Of a stretch of 64,000 nucleotides of DNA, positions 29,755 through 40,103 are shown piece after piece (position 1 is the stretch's first letter; each line of letters starts with the position of its first letter). A program made the translations under genes and the position numbers. Source of the stretch: a bacterium (GTDB lineage Bacteria; Hydrothermota; DG-26; JAUXAN01); contig JAUXAN010000001.1 in NCBI GenBank assembly GCA_030619885.1, positions 11,474-75,473 of the forward strand, written 5' to 3'. The notes under the pieces were generated by a model. It was not told the origin of the DNA, did not search any database, and saw only the letters and a list, made by a program, of their open reading frames with translations.

Positions 29755-30504
29755 CTAGAGCCTCCCTTCCAATATAACTCCATATCCTTTAATTCTTAGA
29801 TATATAAAAAGAGTTACAAGCAGACCAAAGGAGAAAAAAATAAGATAGTCCCAAAATCGTAGTTTAGAATCTATATAATAGGTTCTGTGAGGAGTAAAAC
29901 CCTTTCCTTCTAAAGCCATACTAAGATTGTCGGTATTCCTTATTGCAGAGACGAATATAGGTATGATGAGTGGGACATATTTTTTCACCCTTTTTATTAT
30001 GTTACCACTCTCCAAATCGAGACCTCTTGACCGTTGTGCCTGAACTACCGTGCTGGTAGTGCCAAGAAATGTAGGAACTAATCTGAAAGCCATGGAAAGG
30101 GCAAAACTAATTGGGTAAGGTAGACCAAATTTCTTCAATCCCCAACATAATTCTTCAATCATAGTTGTAGATAAAAATAGGATTCCTGCCACTATCATCA
30201 CATCAAGTCTTATTCCCATTCCGATGCCATAAAGTACCGATTTTAGTCCTCTTCTCAAAAAAAGTGGCCAGAGCACACTGCAAAATAGAAAAAGCAGGAT
30301 AATTACAAGTCTAAATTTAAAGATGTTTATCATTGATTTAGAAAGGATGACAGCTGTTATGATAAATAAGAATAGTGTCAATAGATATACTGGATGGTTA
30401 AAACTCATACTAATGATAAAAATTGAAAGCAGTCCAAAAATTTTTGTTCTTGGATCCATACGGTGAATTACAGTCTTTTTATTTGTGTATAAAAAAAGTC
30501 CCAT
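29755..30504 (-). CDS. ecfT: ECF transporter transmembrane (T) component, EcfT/CbiQ family
   Basis: It has 5 to 6 TM helices and CbiQ-like sequence (RMDPRTKIFGLLSIFIISM). It lies next to the duplicated ABC ATPase. Confidence 0.75.
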   Translation of the reverse strand: MGLFLYTNKKTVIHRMDPRTKIFGLLSIFIISMSFNHPVYLLTLFLFIITAVILSKSMINIFKFRLVIILLFLFCSVLWPLFLRRGLKSVLYGIGMGIRLDVMIVAGILFLSTTMIEELCWGLKKFGLPYPISFALSMAFRLVPTFLGTTSTVVQAQRSRGLDLESGNIIKRVKKYVPLIIPIFVSAIRNTDNLSMALEGKGFTPHRTYYIDSKLRFWDYLIFFSFGLLVTLFIYLRIKGYGVILEGRL

Positions 30505-30507
30505 AGT

Positions 30508-32151
30508 TCAGTTCAGACATTTTTTCAACTCTTCAACTGAGAGAAAAGTTTTCCCAAGCAGTCTGGAGAATCTTGTGATTTGAGGTGGTTTGAGTTTAGT
30601 ACTTCTGAGCAAATCTTCTTTAGAAAATACTTCTCTCGTCTTACCATCTAAGACTACCCTTCCACTATCCATCACCACGACCCTGCTCGAGTATTCACAG
30701 ACTACCCACATTGAATGTGTGATGATTATAATTGTATATCCTGCTCTATTTAGCTTCGTTAAAAGATTCATCATCGAGCGTGTCTCATAATAATCAAGAC
30801 CTGTTGTTGGTTCATCTAAAATTAAGATAGAAGGTCGTGATGCTAAAATTGATGCAACTGCTACTTTTTGCCTCTCACCTTTCGTTAGAGAGAAAGGGTC
30901 AAAGGTCTCATACCCTTCGAGTCCAACAGATTGAAGTGATTCTTTAACCCCGAGTTCGAGTTCCTCTTTTGGAACTCCAAAATTTCTTGGGCCGAAAGAG
31001 ACCTCATCTTTAACTGTCTCTGCAAAGAGTTGGTGATCTGGATTCTGAAATACATAACCTACCTCTCTCGCCAGATTCGACCTCTTCCACTGACTTATAT
31101 CTACACCATTTATTTTAATCTCTCCCCTATCTGGAAGCAAAAGACCATTAAGATGCTTTGCAAATGTTGTCTTGCCTGAACCGTTCTGTCCCACTATTGC
31201 TACAAACTCTCCTTTTCTAATAGTGAGGCTAATTTTCTCAATTGAAAATTGTGGTCCGTAAGAGTATGTAAGATCTTTTATTTCGAGAACAGGTCTGCCA
31301 TAGGACTTTTTATGCTTTAAATTTTCATACAACTTATCAGAAATAGAAAATCTCTTTTTCTTAAAGAGGTCTATACCTTCTTTAATAGAGAAGACAGGTT
31401 CATTTTTAAATAATCTGCATAAATCAAGTGGTCTCACACCGTTTTTTTCTAATAGTTCTACATCAGAGAGTAAATCTTTCGGACTACCATCTGCAACAAT
31501 CTTTCCTCCATTCATTATGAGCATTCTATCGGCATTTAAAATCTCTTCTGTCTCGTGTTCAACAAAAATCAGAGTATGATTCTTCTTCAATTCTTTTGTA
31601 ATTGTAAATATCTTCTCTTTCCCTGCCGGGTCCAAGTCTGTTGTTGGCTCATCCATCACTATTATCTCAGGAGAACCTGATAGGATAGATGCTATTGCTA
31701 CCAACTGTTTTTCACCTCCAGAGAGGAGAGCAGGGTTTCTATCTCTATATTTAGAGAGACCAACAAGAGAAAGAGAACTCTCTATTCTACTTTCTATCTC
31801 TTTTTTTGAAAAGTTAAAGTTCTCTGGAGTGAAAGCAACTTCCAGTTCTACATTGGTAGAAAAGAGTTGCGAATCAAAGTCCTGAAAGACAACTCCAACT
31901 TTTTTTGCCAATTCAGAAACTTTATTATTTTTTACATCTTTATTTAAGACCGAGACAGAGCCACGAAACTCGCCTTTTAAAAATTTTGGAATCAACCCAT
32001 TCAAACTGAGACAGAGAGATGATTTACCAGCGCCACTCTTTCCAGTTATGACAACAAATTCTCCTTTGGGTATGGAGAGAATAATACCATTAAGTGCTTC
32101 AGTTCCATCTTTATATTTAAAATTGAGGTCTGTGATTTCGACTGCTTTCAT
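30508..32151 (-). CDS. ECF transporter ATPase, fused EcfA1-EcfA2 (two ABC cassettes)
   Basis: There are two Walker A sites (GKSGAGKSSL; GQNGSGKTTF), two signatures (LSGGEKQLVAIA; LTKGERQKVAVA) and two Walker B sites (IIVMDEPT; ILILDEPT). Confidence 0.9.
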   Translation of the reverse strand: MKAVEITDLNFKYKDGTEALNGIILSIPKGEFVVITGKSGAGKSSLCLSLNGLIPKFLKGEFRGSVSVLNKDVKNNKVSELAKKVGVVFQDFDSQLFSTNVELEVAFTPENFNFSKKEIESRIESSLSLVGLSKYRDRNPALLSGGEKQLVAIASILSGSPEIIVMDEPTTDLDPAGKEKIFTITKELKKNHTLIFVEHETEEILNADRMLIMNGGKIVADGSPKDLLSDVELLEKNGVRPLDLCRLFKNEPVFSIKEGIDLFKKKRFSISDKLYENLKHKKSYGRPVLEIKDLTYSYGPQFSIEKISLTIRKGEFVAIVGQNGSGKTTFAKHLNGLLLPDRGEIKINGVDISQWKRSNLAREVGYVFQNPDHQLFAETVKDEVSFGPRNFGVPKEELELGVKESLQSVGLEGYETFDPFSLTKGERQKVAVASILASRPSILILDEPTTGLDYYETRSMMNLLTKLNRAGYTIIIITHSMWVVCEYSSRVVVMDSGRVVLDGKTREVFSKEDLLRSTKLKPPQITRFSRLLGKTFLSVEELKKCLN

Positions 32152-32921
32152 AGAAGAAGTGCAGCAATTGCAATTAAGCAGATAGAAGGGAGCATTCCTA
32201 ATGTGAGACCAATTTCGCCACTCACACCTCTGCTGAAGCCATAAGAGAGTAAGGCAGATTTATATATACCAATAGATAACAGATTACCTATAATAATACC
32301 GCTTACCCCTCCAATCCACAAAAAAATTTTGCCAAGCAAAGAAAATTTTGAAGTAGAGAGGTCTTTTCTATCCATAATATCCTTATACATAATACCCCAT
32401 CTTTCAATTCTTGGGTAAAGAGATTTAATCAGTATCGGACATAAAATCAGAGAGACGATGAGGTTATTCAGAAAGATTATATTACCAAGAGCGGCAAAGG
32501 GGATGAGTCCTATTGCATCGACACCCCAGCCGATAACAACACCGCAGACAAGACTTGAAATTAAACAGACAGGAATCAGTCTTAAAGCTTTATGTGTAGA
32601 ATCTATCTTATATGAAAAGATTTTATAAGGGATATAGCCGTAGAGAAAATTGCCGAACAATCCAAAAATGCTACCCAGTCCTAATGTTCCACCGAGTGTA
32701 TCGCCTATCAGGTTTCCTATAGCCGCACCCCAGGCTGCGGCAGGTCCAAAAAATATTGAGCACAGAATTGGTATCGCGTTTGCCGGTCGCAGTTCTGTAA
32801 AGCCTGGAATAAGGGGTATAATAACTTTAAAGGGGATAAGAATGGCAGCATAGAGGGAGGCTGAAAGTGCTGTTAAGACTATCATTCTAGTATATTTCCA
32901 CATTGTAAAAATCTCTCTCAT
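32148..32921 (-). CDS. polytopic membrane protein, putative ECF substrate-specific (S) component (QueT/HmpT-like)
   Basis: It is 257 aa with 6 to 7 TM helices, and its stop overlaps the start of the ECF ATPase gene. Confidence 0.5.
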   Translation of the reverse strand: MREIFTMWKYTRMIVLTALSASLYAAILIPFKVIIPLIPGFTELRPANAIPILCSIFFGPAAAWGAAIGNLIGDTLGGTLGLGSIFGLFGNFLYGYIPYKIFSYKIDSTHKALRLIPVCLISSLVCGVVIGWGVDAIGLIPFAALGNIIFLNNLIVSLILCPILIKSLYPRIERWGIMYKDIMDRKDLSTSKFSLLGKIFLWIGGVSGIIIGNLLSIGIYKSALLSYGFSRGVSGEIGLTLGMLPSICLIAIAALLL

Positions 32922-33033
32922 ACTTAAATTATAACTTCAGTTTGGGATCAGCCTTTCAGATTTTGTGTTAAATTTCCTGATCAGTTCTGTAACTTGTGAA
33001 TCCTCCCGTGTAGTCTTTTCCAAGATTCAAGAT

Positions 33034-34446
33034 TTATTCCTTCTCACTGAATACTTCGGCGGAGAAGATGTAGAGTTCGGTCTCTTTATCTTTCCATTCA
33101 TCAGGAGATAAACCTGCTTTGTGTGAACAGAGATTGGATAGGAATTCTTCTTTCGTCCAACCGGTCTCTGTCGCTACTTGCGGCAGGAAGACACCTTGAT
33201 TATATCCCCGCTTAACAATCACTCCATGCTTTCCTAAAACGATCTCTTCAACCTTTGCACGGACAGGAACGGTTAAAACAGAAATCTCAATCTCTATTTT
33301 CTTCAGTTCCTCTTCAGTAACAGAAGGAAATCGCGGATCAGCGGTTGAAGATTGTACCGCCATATCCGGGACAGCCTGATATAGAGGTTTTATAGGCTGA
33401 ATATAACCAATACATCCACGCAGTTGCCCGTCCTTCTTTAATGTAACAAATACTCCCCTCTCCTCTTCTAATGTTTTTGTCAGTGGGGTAAATTTTGGAA
33501 TAGGCTTCCCTTTGATTTTATGCTCAATGGTTTCCCTCGCTATTCTGATCAGTTCTTTTTTTTCCTCTTCAGACAGCCCTTCGGATGTTCCCCCATTATG
33601 CATTGTTTTCGATTCTGATTTGTAGATACAGAAAGAAGAGTAGCCAACCACATATCCGCCCTTGCTTCCTGCCACATCAGCAGAGTTGGTATATCTGAGC
33701 AGTTTTGCACTCTCTGCGCCCAATTTGCGACATGCAAACAGGAGTGAGATGATTGGACCACCACCACAGGCCTGGGATTCCGATGTAGCAAGTGCACGGA
33801 GTAAACCATCAGGGTCCATCTTTTTAATGTAGGAAAGTGTGCGTTTGTCCGTTTTCACGCATTCTTCGTATAAGTCACCATGGTAGAGGTCAGAACTCGC
33901 CAAAATCAATACATCCTTATCCTTTGCAACATTCGCTATTGCATCACCTAATATTTTGCAGTTTTGTTCATTCTGTTCACACATCATAACAGGAACTATC
34001 TTCGCATTAGGTTTTACCCTCTGTAAGAAAGGGATTTGCACCTCGATAGAATGTTCTCCTATGTGAGGAGATGGATCCGCTCTAATCGCTTTGTTTTGAA
34101 CGATCAAGTCTTTGGCAAGTTTTTTGTCAATATCTACAGTCCCCAGTGGTGTCTCCCATCCCCCTTTATCGTAGACTGCAAGCCCCTCAAAATATGCACG
34201 ATGAGAAGGGCCTATCAATATAACGGCATCTACGGTCTCATCTTCAATTTGCTTAAAAGAACGGGCTGCTACAGCACCTGAATATGGGTATCCAGCATGT
34301 GGACAGATAATACCAACTATCTTCCCTTCGATCTCCTCCTTTTTTGCCGATTCCAAAAAACCATCCACTTCTTTCTGCAGTTCATTAAGATTGCCCGGAT
34401 AAAATTTACCCGCCACTGCGGGACGCCGAATGTTTCCTTTATCCAT
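33034..34446 (-). CDS. fusion protein: Memo1-like (AmmeMemoRadiSam system protein B) + AMMECR1 (protein A) domains
   Basis: The Memo part has AGKFYPGN, ICPHAGYPYSG and LIGPSH. The AMMECR1 part has LRGCIGYIQP. The start is chosen at the internal ATG (34444-34446), preceded by AAAGGAGGATAAG; the longer ORF from 34533 would add a hydrophobic N-terminus and overlap rpsH. Confidence 0.75.
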   Translation of the reverse strand: MDKGNIRRPAVAGKFYPGNLNELQKEVDGFLESAKKEEIEGKIVGIICPHAGYPYSGAVAARSFKQIEDETVDAVILIGPSHRAYFEGLAVYDKGGWETPLGTVDIDKKLAKDLIVQNKAIRADPSPHIGEHSIEVQIPFLQRVKPNAKIVPVMMCEQNEQNCKILGDAIANVAKDKDVLILASSDLYHGDLYEECVKTDKRTLSYIKKMDPDGLLRALATSESQACGGGPIISLLFACRKLGAESAKLLRYTNSADVAGSKGGYVVGYSSFCIYKSESKTMHNGGTSEGLSEEEKKELIRIARETIEHKIKGKPIPKFTPLTKTLEEERGVFVTLKKDGQLRGCIGYIQPIKPLYQAVPDMAVQSSTADPRFPSVTEEELKKIEIEISVLTVPVRAKVEEIVLGKHGVIVKRGYNQGVFLPQVATETGWTKEEFLSNLCSHKAGLSPDEWKDKETELYIFSAEVFSEKE

Positions 34447-34517
34447 CTTATCCTCCTTTTTGGGATTTGTGCAAAAGAGTACAAACAGAAGGAGAGGCAG
34501 AAAAAGTTTCATCCTTA

Positions 34518-34916
34518 CTACCATATATAACATAGTACTTCGCCGCCTATACCAAATTTCCTACAATCTCTATCTGTCAAAATGCCCTTTGAAGTTGATA
34601 TGATTGCTATACCTAATCCACTAAGAACTTTGGGAAGCTCTCTTTTTGATTTGTATATTCTTAAACTCGGCTTTGATACCCTCTTCAAACACGTTATTGG
34701 CGACTTACCTTCACTGTCATATTTCAACTTTATATTTATTGATCCATGTATCTCGTCCTCGTTGAATTTGAAAGAGTCGATAAATCCTTCATTTTCTAAT
34801 ATTTGAGTAATCTCCAATTTTACCCTCGAAGAAAGGACATTAACCTCTTTATGATACGCACTTATTGCATTTCTAATCCTCGTGAGATAATCTGCAATTG
34901 GGTCATGTGTCGGCAT
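34518..34916 (-). CDS. rpsH: 30S ribosomal protein S8
   Basis: The sequence [11 protein letters not shown]...[14 protein letters not shown] matches S8. Confidence 0.95.
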   Translation of the reverse strand: MPTHDPIADYLTRIRNAISAYHKEVNVLSSRVKLEITQILENEGFIDSFKFNEDEIHGSINIKLKYDSEGKSPITCLKRVSKPSLRIYKSKRELPKVLSGLGIAIISTSKGILTDRDCRKFGIGGEVLCYIW

Positions 34917-34937
34917 ATAAACCTCCTTGCCCTTTTT

Positions 34938-35123
34938 CTACCAAGTAGCCTTTCTTACCCCGGGGATTTCGCCTTTTAGAGATAGTTCTCTGAAGCATAT
35001 CCTGCAGAGTCCAAATCTTCGCAGGTATCCTCTCTGTCTCCCACATCTTGAGCATCTGAAATATCTCCGAGTACTGAATTTAGGCTCTTTTTTTGATTTC
35101 ACCCACAGTGATTTTCTTGTCAT
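34938..35123 (-). CDS. rpsZ: 30S ribosomal protein S14 type Z (zinc-binding)
   Basis: It is 61 aa with a [20 protein letters not shown] zinc ribbon. Confidence 0.95.
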   Translation of the reverse strand: MTRKSLWVKSKKEPKFSTRRYFRCSRCGRQRGYLRRFGLCRICFRELSLKGEIPGVRKATW

Positions 35124-35132
35124 AGTCTAATC

Positions 35133-35765
35133 CTACTTCCTAAAGGGCACCCCCAATGCTGATAGAAGTTCATGACTTTCCTCATCTGTTCTGGCACTTG
35201 TCACTATCGTTATATCCATACCGAATATTTTCTTTACTTTATCGATCCTGATTTCGGGAAAGATCGTATGTTCGGTTACACCGAATGTAAAATTTCCTCT
35301 CCCGTCGAAAGAATCGCGCGAAACTCCTCTGAAATCTCTGATGCGCGGCATAGAAAAATTTACCAGCCTATCAAAGAATTCGTACATCCTCACACCCCTT
35401 AGACTAACTTTACAACCTATGGGGTTGCCCTTCCTCACTTTGAATTGAGAAACTGCCTTTTTGGCTCTTGTAATCGCAGGCTTTTGTCCTGTGATTATTG
35501 AGAGGTCAGCAGATGCGATATCGAGCAATTTCGGGTCTTGAGTAGCTTGCCCTACCCCCATATTGACAACTATCTTGACCAATTTCGGGACCTGATGCAC
35601 ATTCTTATACGAAAATTTCTTCCTCAGAGAAGGGATAACCTTCTCTTTGTAAAAGTCTTTTAATCTTGTAGACCTGTGCACAATATCTTTTTGGGAAAGT
35701 GCCTGTGCTTCTGGTTTAGTTTCAGTCCGTGTTTCAGTCTTGGTTTTACCTTTTGCCTTTGCCAT
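35133..35765 (-). CDS. rplE: 50S ribosomal protein L5 (with ~35-aa Lys/Thr-rich N-terminal extension)
   Basis: The L5 core is [19 protein letters not shown]...; the N-terminus [22 protein letters not shown] is an extension. Confidence 0.95.
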   Translation of the reverse strand: MAKAKGKTKTETRTETKPEAQALSQKDIVHRSTRLKDFYKEKVIPSLRKKFSYKNVHQVPKLVKIVVNMGVGQATQDPKLLDIASADLSIITGQKPAITRAKKAVSQFKVRKGNPIGCKVSLRGVRMYEFFDRLVNFSMPRIRDFRGVSRDSFDGRGNFTFGVTEHTIFPEIRIDKVKKIFGMDITIVTSARTDEESHELLSALGVPFRK

Positions 35766-35767
35766 AA

Positions 35768-36082
35768 TTAATCTTCTATCATCTCCTCACATCGTTTACA
35801 AATTCGCACCTTCCGTTTGTCTTTTAGAATTTTGACACCGACTTTAGTATGCTTTCCGCACTTGGGGCATATTAAAGATAGGTTCGAAAGGTGAACGGGT
35901 GCTTCTTTTTCTATTATTCTCGATTGCTCGCCTGATCTTCTGGCTTTGGAGTGTCTGTGTATGAAATTTATCCCCTCAACTATCGCCTTCTTCTCTTTAG
36001 CAAAAAGTTTGAGGATTTTACCCCGCTTACCCTTCTCATCGCCTGAAATCATAAGAACGGTATCACCCTTCCTTATCCTCAT
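35768..36082 (-). CDS. rplX: 50S ribosomal protein L24 with C-terminal C4 zinc-ribbon extension
   Basis: A KOW domain ([22 protein letters not shown]) is followed by a C-terminal [11 protein letters not shown]...ICKRCEE. Confidence 0.9.
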   Translation of the reverse strand: MRIRKGDTVLMISGDEKGKRGKILKLFAKEKKAIVEGINFIHRHSKARRSGEQSRIIEKEAPVHLSNLSLICPKCGKHTKVGVKILKDKRKVRICKRCEEMIED

Positions 36083-36450
36083 CAGATAACCTCACTCGCT
36101 AAAGATATTATCTTCATAAACTTACGGTCTCTCAGCTCCCTGCCTACAGGTCCGAGAATTCTTGTCCCCCTAGGTTCATATCTCTCATCCACAAGCACAC
36201 ATGCATTGTCATCGAATCTAACATACGACCCATTGCTCCGCTGTTGCTCCTTCTTTGTTCTAACTATTACAGCCTTCGTCACATCACCCTTTTTAATCTG
36301 GGTATTGGGTATTGCATCCTTTATTGTCACAACTATTATATCTCCTATCCTCCCATATCTTCTCTTCGATCCTCCAAGCACCTTTATACACATAGCAGTC
36401 TTGCCACCCGTATTATCGGCAACTCGCAGTCTTGTTAATTCCTGAATCAT
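36082..36450 (-). CDS. rplN: 50S ribosomal protein L14
   Basis: The sequence [17 protein letters not shown]...GPVGRELR matches L14. Confidence 0.95.
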   Translation of the reverse strand: MIQELTRLRVADNTGGKTAMCIKVLGGSKRRYGRIGDIIVVTIKDAIPNTQIKKGDVTKAVIVRTKKEQQRSNGSYVRFDDNACVLVDERYEPRGTRILGPVGRELRDRKFMKIISLASEVI

Positions 36451-36462
36451 CTAACATCCTAT

Positions 36463-36666
36463 CAATTCAGACACTGATTACCATCTCAGAATCCGTTGCG
36501 CAGCATCCCATACGGGTCTGCGACCGTATGGAATGGACAGATACTCACTGAGCAAATATCTTTCTTTTTATCCCTATATTTATAATCTGTGTTCACCCCG
36601 TTAGATAGTAAACATCTTACGGGGTTCATCAGTGTAAATCTGTGTATACTATCTGAATCATAATTC
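36463..36666 (+). repeat. intergenic repeat family Rep-A, copy 3, containing an inserted CCCCGTTAGA hairpin; fills the whole rpsQ-rplN spacer
   Basis: Head CAATTCAGACACTGATTA, the core palindrome and tail CTATCTGAATCATA are all present. The hairpin at 36596-36624 is CCCCGTTAGATAGTAAACATCTTACGGGG. Confidence 0.85.
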
Positions 36667-36915
36667 CTACTGTGTTGATTTCAGAATGCCGGCAACACGC
36701 CATCGCTTTAGCTTACTCAACGGTCTTGTCTCTACTATCCGTACCTGGTCACCCACTTTACACCTGTTTTCTTCATCGTGAGCGTAGAATTTCTTTTTTG
36801 TTTTAATAGTCTTTTTATAAAGAGGGTGGATATGTCTCCTTTCTACTATTACTATTACAGTCTTATCACATTTATCTTTGACAACAACGCCTATTCTACT
36901 TTTCCTTTTCTCCAC
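36667..36915 (-). CDS. rpsQ: 30S ribosomal protein S17
   Basis: The sequence [27 protein letters not shown] matches S17. Confidence 0.95.
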   Translation of the reverse strand: MEKRKSRIGVVVKDKCDKTVIVIVERRHIHPLYKKTIKTKKKFYAHDEENRCKVGDQVRIVETRPLSKLKRWRVAGILKSTQ

Positions 36916-37108
36916 GTTTACTCCTTCCTTTCTCTTTCAACAATGTCTTTATCCTTGCAATCTCCCTTCTCTGTGTTCTCAATCTTAAGGGATTTGTTAG
37001 TTCCTGTGTCACATGTTTAAATCTCATATTAAATATATCTTCTATCAATTCAAAAAGTCGAGAACTCAATTCCTGTTCAGTCAAATCTCTCAGCTCTCCT
37101 GCTTTCAT
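36896..37108 (-). CDS. rpmC: 50S ribosomal protein L29
   Basis: It is 70 aa; the sequence [17 protein letters not shown]...NMRFKH matches L29. Confidence 0.9.
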   Translation of the reverse strand: MKAGELRDLTEQELSSRLFELIEDIFNMRFKHVTQELTNPLRLRTQRREIARIKTLLKEKGRSKRGEKEK

Positions 37109-37518
37109 ACCATCTTCCTCGACACGAATCTGGTACGAATGGGCAATTTCGATGCACCCAGCCGAAACGCCTCCTTGGCCTGTTCTTCAGGTACACCTTC
37201 CAGTTCAAACATCACTCTACCGGGTTTTACAACAGCGACCCAGTATTCGGGTGGGCCTTTACCCTTACCCATTCTCGTCTCCGCAGGTTTTTTGGTTACA
37301 GGTTTATCCGGAAATATTCTTATCCAAAATTTACCAGCCCGTTTAAGAAATCTTGTTATAGCAACCCTTGCAGCCTCGATTTGACGGGCAGTTATCCATC
37401 CAGGTTCAAGTGATTGGAGTCCATACTCACCAAAATCCAGTTTTCTCGCTCCTTTCGATTTTCCTCTCATCCTTCCCCTCTGCTGTTTGCGATACTTCAC
37501 TTTCTTTGGCATCAACAT
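37105..37518 (-). CDS. rplP: 50S ribosomal protein L16
   Basis: The sequence [19 protein letters not shown] matches L16. Confidence 0.95.
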   Translation of the reverse strand: MLMPKKVKYRKQQRGRMRGKSKGARKLDFGEYGLQSLEPGWITARQIEAARVAITRFLKRAGKFWIRIFPDKPVTKKPAETRMGKGKGPPEYWVAVVKPGRVMFELEGVPEEQAKEAFRLGASKLPIRTRFVSRKMV

Positions 37519-37523
37519 CTTTC

Positions 37524-38159
37524 TTATCTTCCTTTCTTCAAAACATCGCCTTTATATATCCATACCTTCACACCTATACATCCGTATGTAGTAATGGCGG
37601 TAGAAGTTGCATAGTCTATATCTGCACGCAGGGTATGGAGAGGAACTCTGCCCTCTTTGTACCATTCCATACGGGCGATTTCAGCGCCAGCAAGTCTACC
37701 CTTACATACAACCTTGATACCCTGTCCACCGAATCTCATAGCCTGTGAGACAGCCTTCTTCATAGCCCTTCGAAAAGAAATCCTTGCCACGAGTTGCCTT
37801 GCTAAATTATCTGCAACTAACTGGGCATCCAGTTCGGGCGTCTTCACTTCATATATATTGAGATCAATTTCCTTATCCGTTATATGTTTCAGTTCTGTCT
37901 TCAACCTCTCGACTTCAGTTCCTTTCCTGCCGATGACGATAGCAGGTCTACCTGTATGGAGGTTCACGATAACCTTCTTTGAAGTCCTTTCTATCTCTAT
38001 TTTCGAAACAGATGCCCTTTTATGTCGTTTCCTTATATACTTTCTTATGAGTGCGTCTTCTGCAATGAATGAAGCAAAATCTTTCTTTGTGAACCATCTT
38101 GAACTCCAGTTCTTCGTTATGCCCAGTCTAAAACCTATTGGATGTGTTTTCTGTCCCAA
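37524..38159 (-). CDS. rpsC: 30S ribosomal protein S3
   Basis: The sequence [23 protein letters not shown] matches S3. Confidence 0.95.
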   Translation of the reverse strand: MGQKTHPIGFRLGITKNWSSRWFTKKDFASFIAEDALIRKYIRKRHKRASVSKIEIERTSKKVIVNLHTGRPAIVIGRKGTEVERLKTELKHITDKEIDLNIYEVKTPELDAQLVADNLARQLVARISFRRAMKKAVSQAMRFGGQGIKVVCKGRLAGAEIARMEWYKEGRVPLHTLRADIDYATSTAITTYGCIGVKVWIYKGDVLKKGR

Positions 38160-38172
38160 GAGCTCCTCCTTT

Positions 38173-38520
38173 TCATTTTTTCTCTGCTACTATTATCGTT
38201 ATGTGACTTGTTCTCTTCCTTATCATCGATGCTCTGCCATATGCCCTCGCCCTGTATCGCTTCATCGTTGCCCCTTGAGTTACCCTCGCATCTTTCACAT
38301 ATAAAGAGTCCATATCCAGTTTATCCTTGCCAACGATGTCCACCGCATTCGCTGCTGCCGATCTCACCGTCTTTTCTATAAAGCGGCTCCCTCTCTGGGG
38401 CAAAAATTTCAAAATAGAGAGCGCTTCTGACACAGGCTTCCCATTTATTAGCTTGGCAACCTCATTCGCCTTTCTCGACGATATCCTTACGAACCTTGAA
38501 ATTGCCCTTGCTTCCATCAT
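38173..38520 (-). CDS. rplV: 50S ribosomal protein L22
   Basis: The sequence [25 protein letters not shown] matches L22. Confidence 0.95.
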   Translation of the reverse strand: MMEARAISRFVRISSRKANEVAKLINGKPVSEALSILKFLPQRGSRFIEKTVRSAAANAVDIVGKDKLDMDSLYVKDARVTQGATMKRYRARAYGRASMIRKRTSHITIIVAEKK

Positions 38521-38813
38521 CTTTTCCCTCTTATCCTCGTAGCTTTTTCAGCCTTGGTTCCAGAGTGTACACGGAAAATTCTTGTGCTAGAGAATTCTCC
38601 CAATTTATGTCCTACCATATTTTCCGTTATATAGACTGGCAGAAACTTCATTCCATTATGAATGGCGATAGTGTGTCCCACAAAATCCGGCGTTATGGTT
38701 GAACGTCTCGCATAGGTACGGAGCACCTTCTTCTCGTTTTTTTCATTTAACTGAAGTATCCTTTTCAATAACTTCAGATCTACATAAGGACCCTTCTTAA
38801 CAGACCTCGGCAT
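38517..38813 (-). CDS. rpsS: 30S ribosomal protein S19
   Basis: The sequence [12 protein letters not shown]...[11 protein letters not shown] matches S19. The start is set at the second ATG, which is preceded by GGAGG. Confidence 0.95.
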   Translation of the reverse strand: MPRSVKKGPYVDLKLLKRILQLNEKNEKKVLRTYARRSTITPDFVGHTIAIHNGMKFLPVYITENMVGHKLGEFSSTRIFRVHSGTKAEKATRIRGKR

Positions 38814-38835
38814 TTGAACCTCCACTTTTAATACT

Positions 38836-38992
38836 GCAATTCAGACACTGATTACTATAGATATTCACTGATTAAATATCTTCCTTTTTATCTTAATTTC
38901 CTTGTCAAAATTTATCAATAATCCTACTTCTATGTTTATGATCTATGCACATCTGTGTAAATCTGTGTCTACTGTTTGAATCACTGTTTTAG
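38836..38992 (+). repeat. intergenic repeat family Rep-A, copy 4 (lacks the ~55-bp palindromic core module); fills rplB-rpsS spacer
   Basis: It has CAATTCAGACACTGATTAC|TATAGATATTCACTGATTAAATATCTTCCTTTTTATC...CTACTGTTTGAATCACTG. Confidence 0.8.
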
Positions 38993-39001
38993 TATGTAAT
39001 C

Positions 39002-39832
39002 TCATTTTCTTCTCTTAACTATATACTTATCCGATAGTTTCTTCTTTCTCGTTCTCAAACCCTTGGCGAGAAGCCCATCGGGTGAACAGGGGTGTCTCCC
39101 CCCTGATGCCTTGCCTTCTCCACCACCCATAGGATGATCTACAGGGTTCATCGCTACTGCCCTCGTTCTTGGACGGAAACCCAGCCATCTCCTTCTTCCT
39201 GCCTTTCCATAAGAGATAGTGCCGTGCTCTATATTACTCACCTGACCAATCGTTGCTAGGCACTGAAGGGGTATGAGTCTTATCTCGTCCGAAGGCAGTT
39301 TTATATGTGCAAATTTTCCCTCTTTGGCTAATATTTGTGCACCTGTCCCAGCCCCTCTTACCAATTGACCACCTTTTCCTCTCCGAAGTTCTATGTTAAA
39401 GATCGGCATCCCAATGGGTATATCACTCAACGGGAGCGTATTTCCAATCTTAATGGTAGAACCTGGTCCGGACTGAACAACATCCCCCTTTCTCAAACCA
39501 TCGGGTGCAATGGTGTATCTCCGCTCACCATCTCTGTATAGTAGAAGGGCAATCCTTGCAGAACGATTTGGGTCGTATTCTATAGACTCAACCTTTGCAG
39601 GTATGTCAAACTTGTCCCTTTTGAAATCTATCACTCTGTATCTCCTTCTATGTCCACCGCCTCTATGCCTGGTAGTAATCCTTCCCTGATTATTCCTACC
39701 GCCTTTCTTTCTCAAGGATGAAAGAAGCGGTTTATGTGGTCTCTTCTTTGTAAGTTCAGAAAAGTCAGAAATATGCGTGAATCTTAAAGAGCTGGTAGTT
39801 GGTTTAAACTTTTTCATATTATGCACCCTCAA
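39002..39832 (-). CDS. rplB: 50S ribosomal protein L2
   Basis: The sequence [19 protein letters not shown]...HPMGGGEG matches L2. Confidence 0.95.
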   Translation of the reverse strand: MRVHNMKKFKPTTSSLRFTHISDFSELTKKRPHKPLLSSLRKKGGRNNQGRITTRHRGGGHRRRYRVIDFKRDKFDIPAKVESIEYDPNRSARIALLLYRDGERRYTIAPDGLRKGDVVQSGPGSTIKIGNTLPLSDIPIGMPIFNIELRRGKGGQLVRGAGTGAQILAKEGKFAHIKLPSDEIRLIPLQCLATIGQVSNIEHGTISYGKAGRRRWLGFRPRTRAVAMNPVDHPMGGGEGKASGGRHPCSPDGLLAKGLRTRKKKLSDKYIVKRRK

Positions 39833-40103
39833 ACAGTTCTATTCTGTGATCCTCCTTCAATGTGACAATCGCCTTTTTCCAATCGGCTCTCTTTCCTTCA
39901 AACCTACCGAGTCTTTTCACCTTTCCTTTTACCCGTTGTATATTTACATCTTTGACCTTGACTTTAAATATCTCTTCCACTGCCTTTTTCACCTCTACTC
40001 TATTCGTGTCGATTCGAACAGAGAAGAGGTATTTATTCTGTTCCCTCAACTTCGTTGCCCTCTCAGTTATTATCGGTTCCAGTATTAATTTTCTCGGATT
40101 CAT
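39819..40103 (-). CDS. rplW: 50S ribosomal protein L23
   Basis: It is 94 aa; the sequence ITERATKL...KVKDVNI matches L23. Confidence 0.9.
   Translation of the reverse strand: MNPRKLILEPIITERATKLREQNKYLFSVRIDTNRVEVKKAVEEIFKVKVKDVNIQRVKGKVKRLGRFEGKRADWKKAIVTLKEDHRIELFEGA

Noticed and set aside
34447-34533. N-terminal signal-peptide-like extension of the Memo-AMMECR1 ORF
   Set aside because: An internal ATG with a strong AAAGGAGG ribosome binding site gives a cytoplasmic protein starting MDKGNIRRPAVAGKFYP, typical of Memo. The extension would also overlap rpsH by 16 nt.
37657-38304. 215-aa ORF on + strand across rpsC/rplV
   Set aside because: It is antisense to two universally conserved ribosomal protein genes, so it is spurious.
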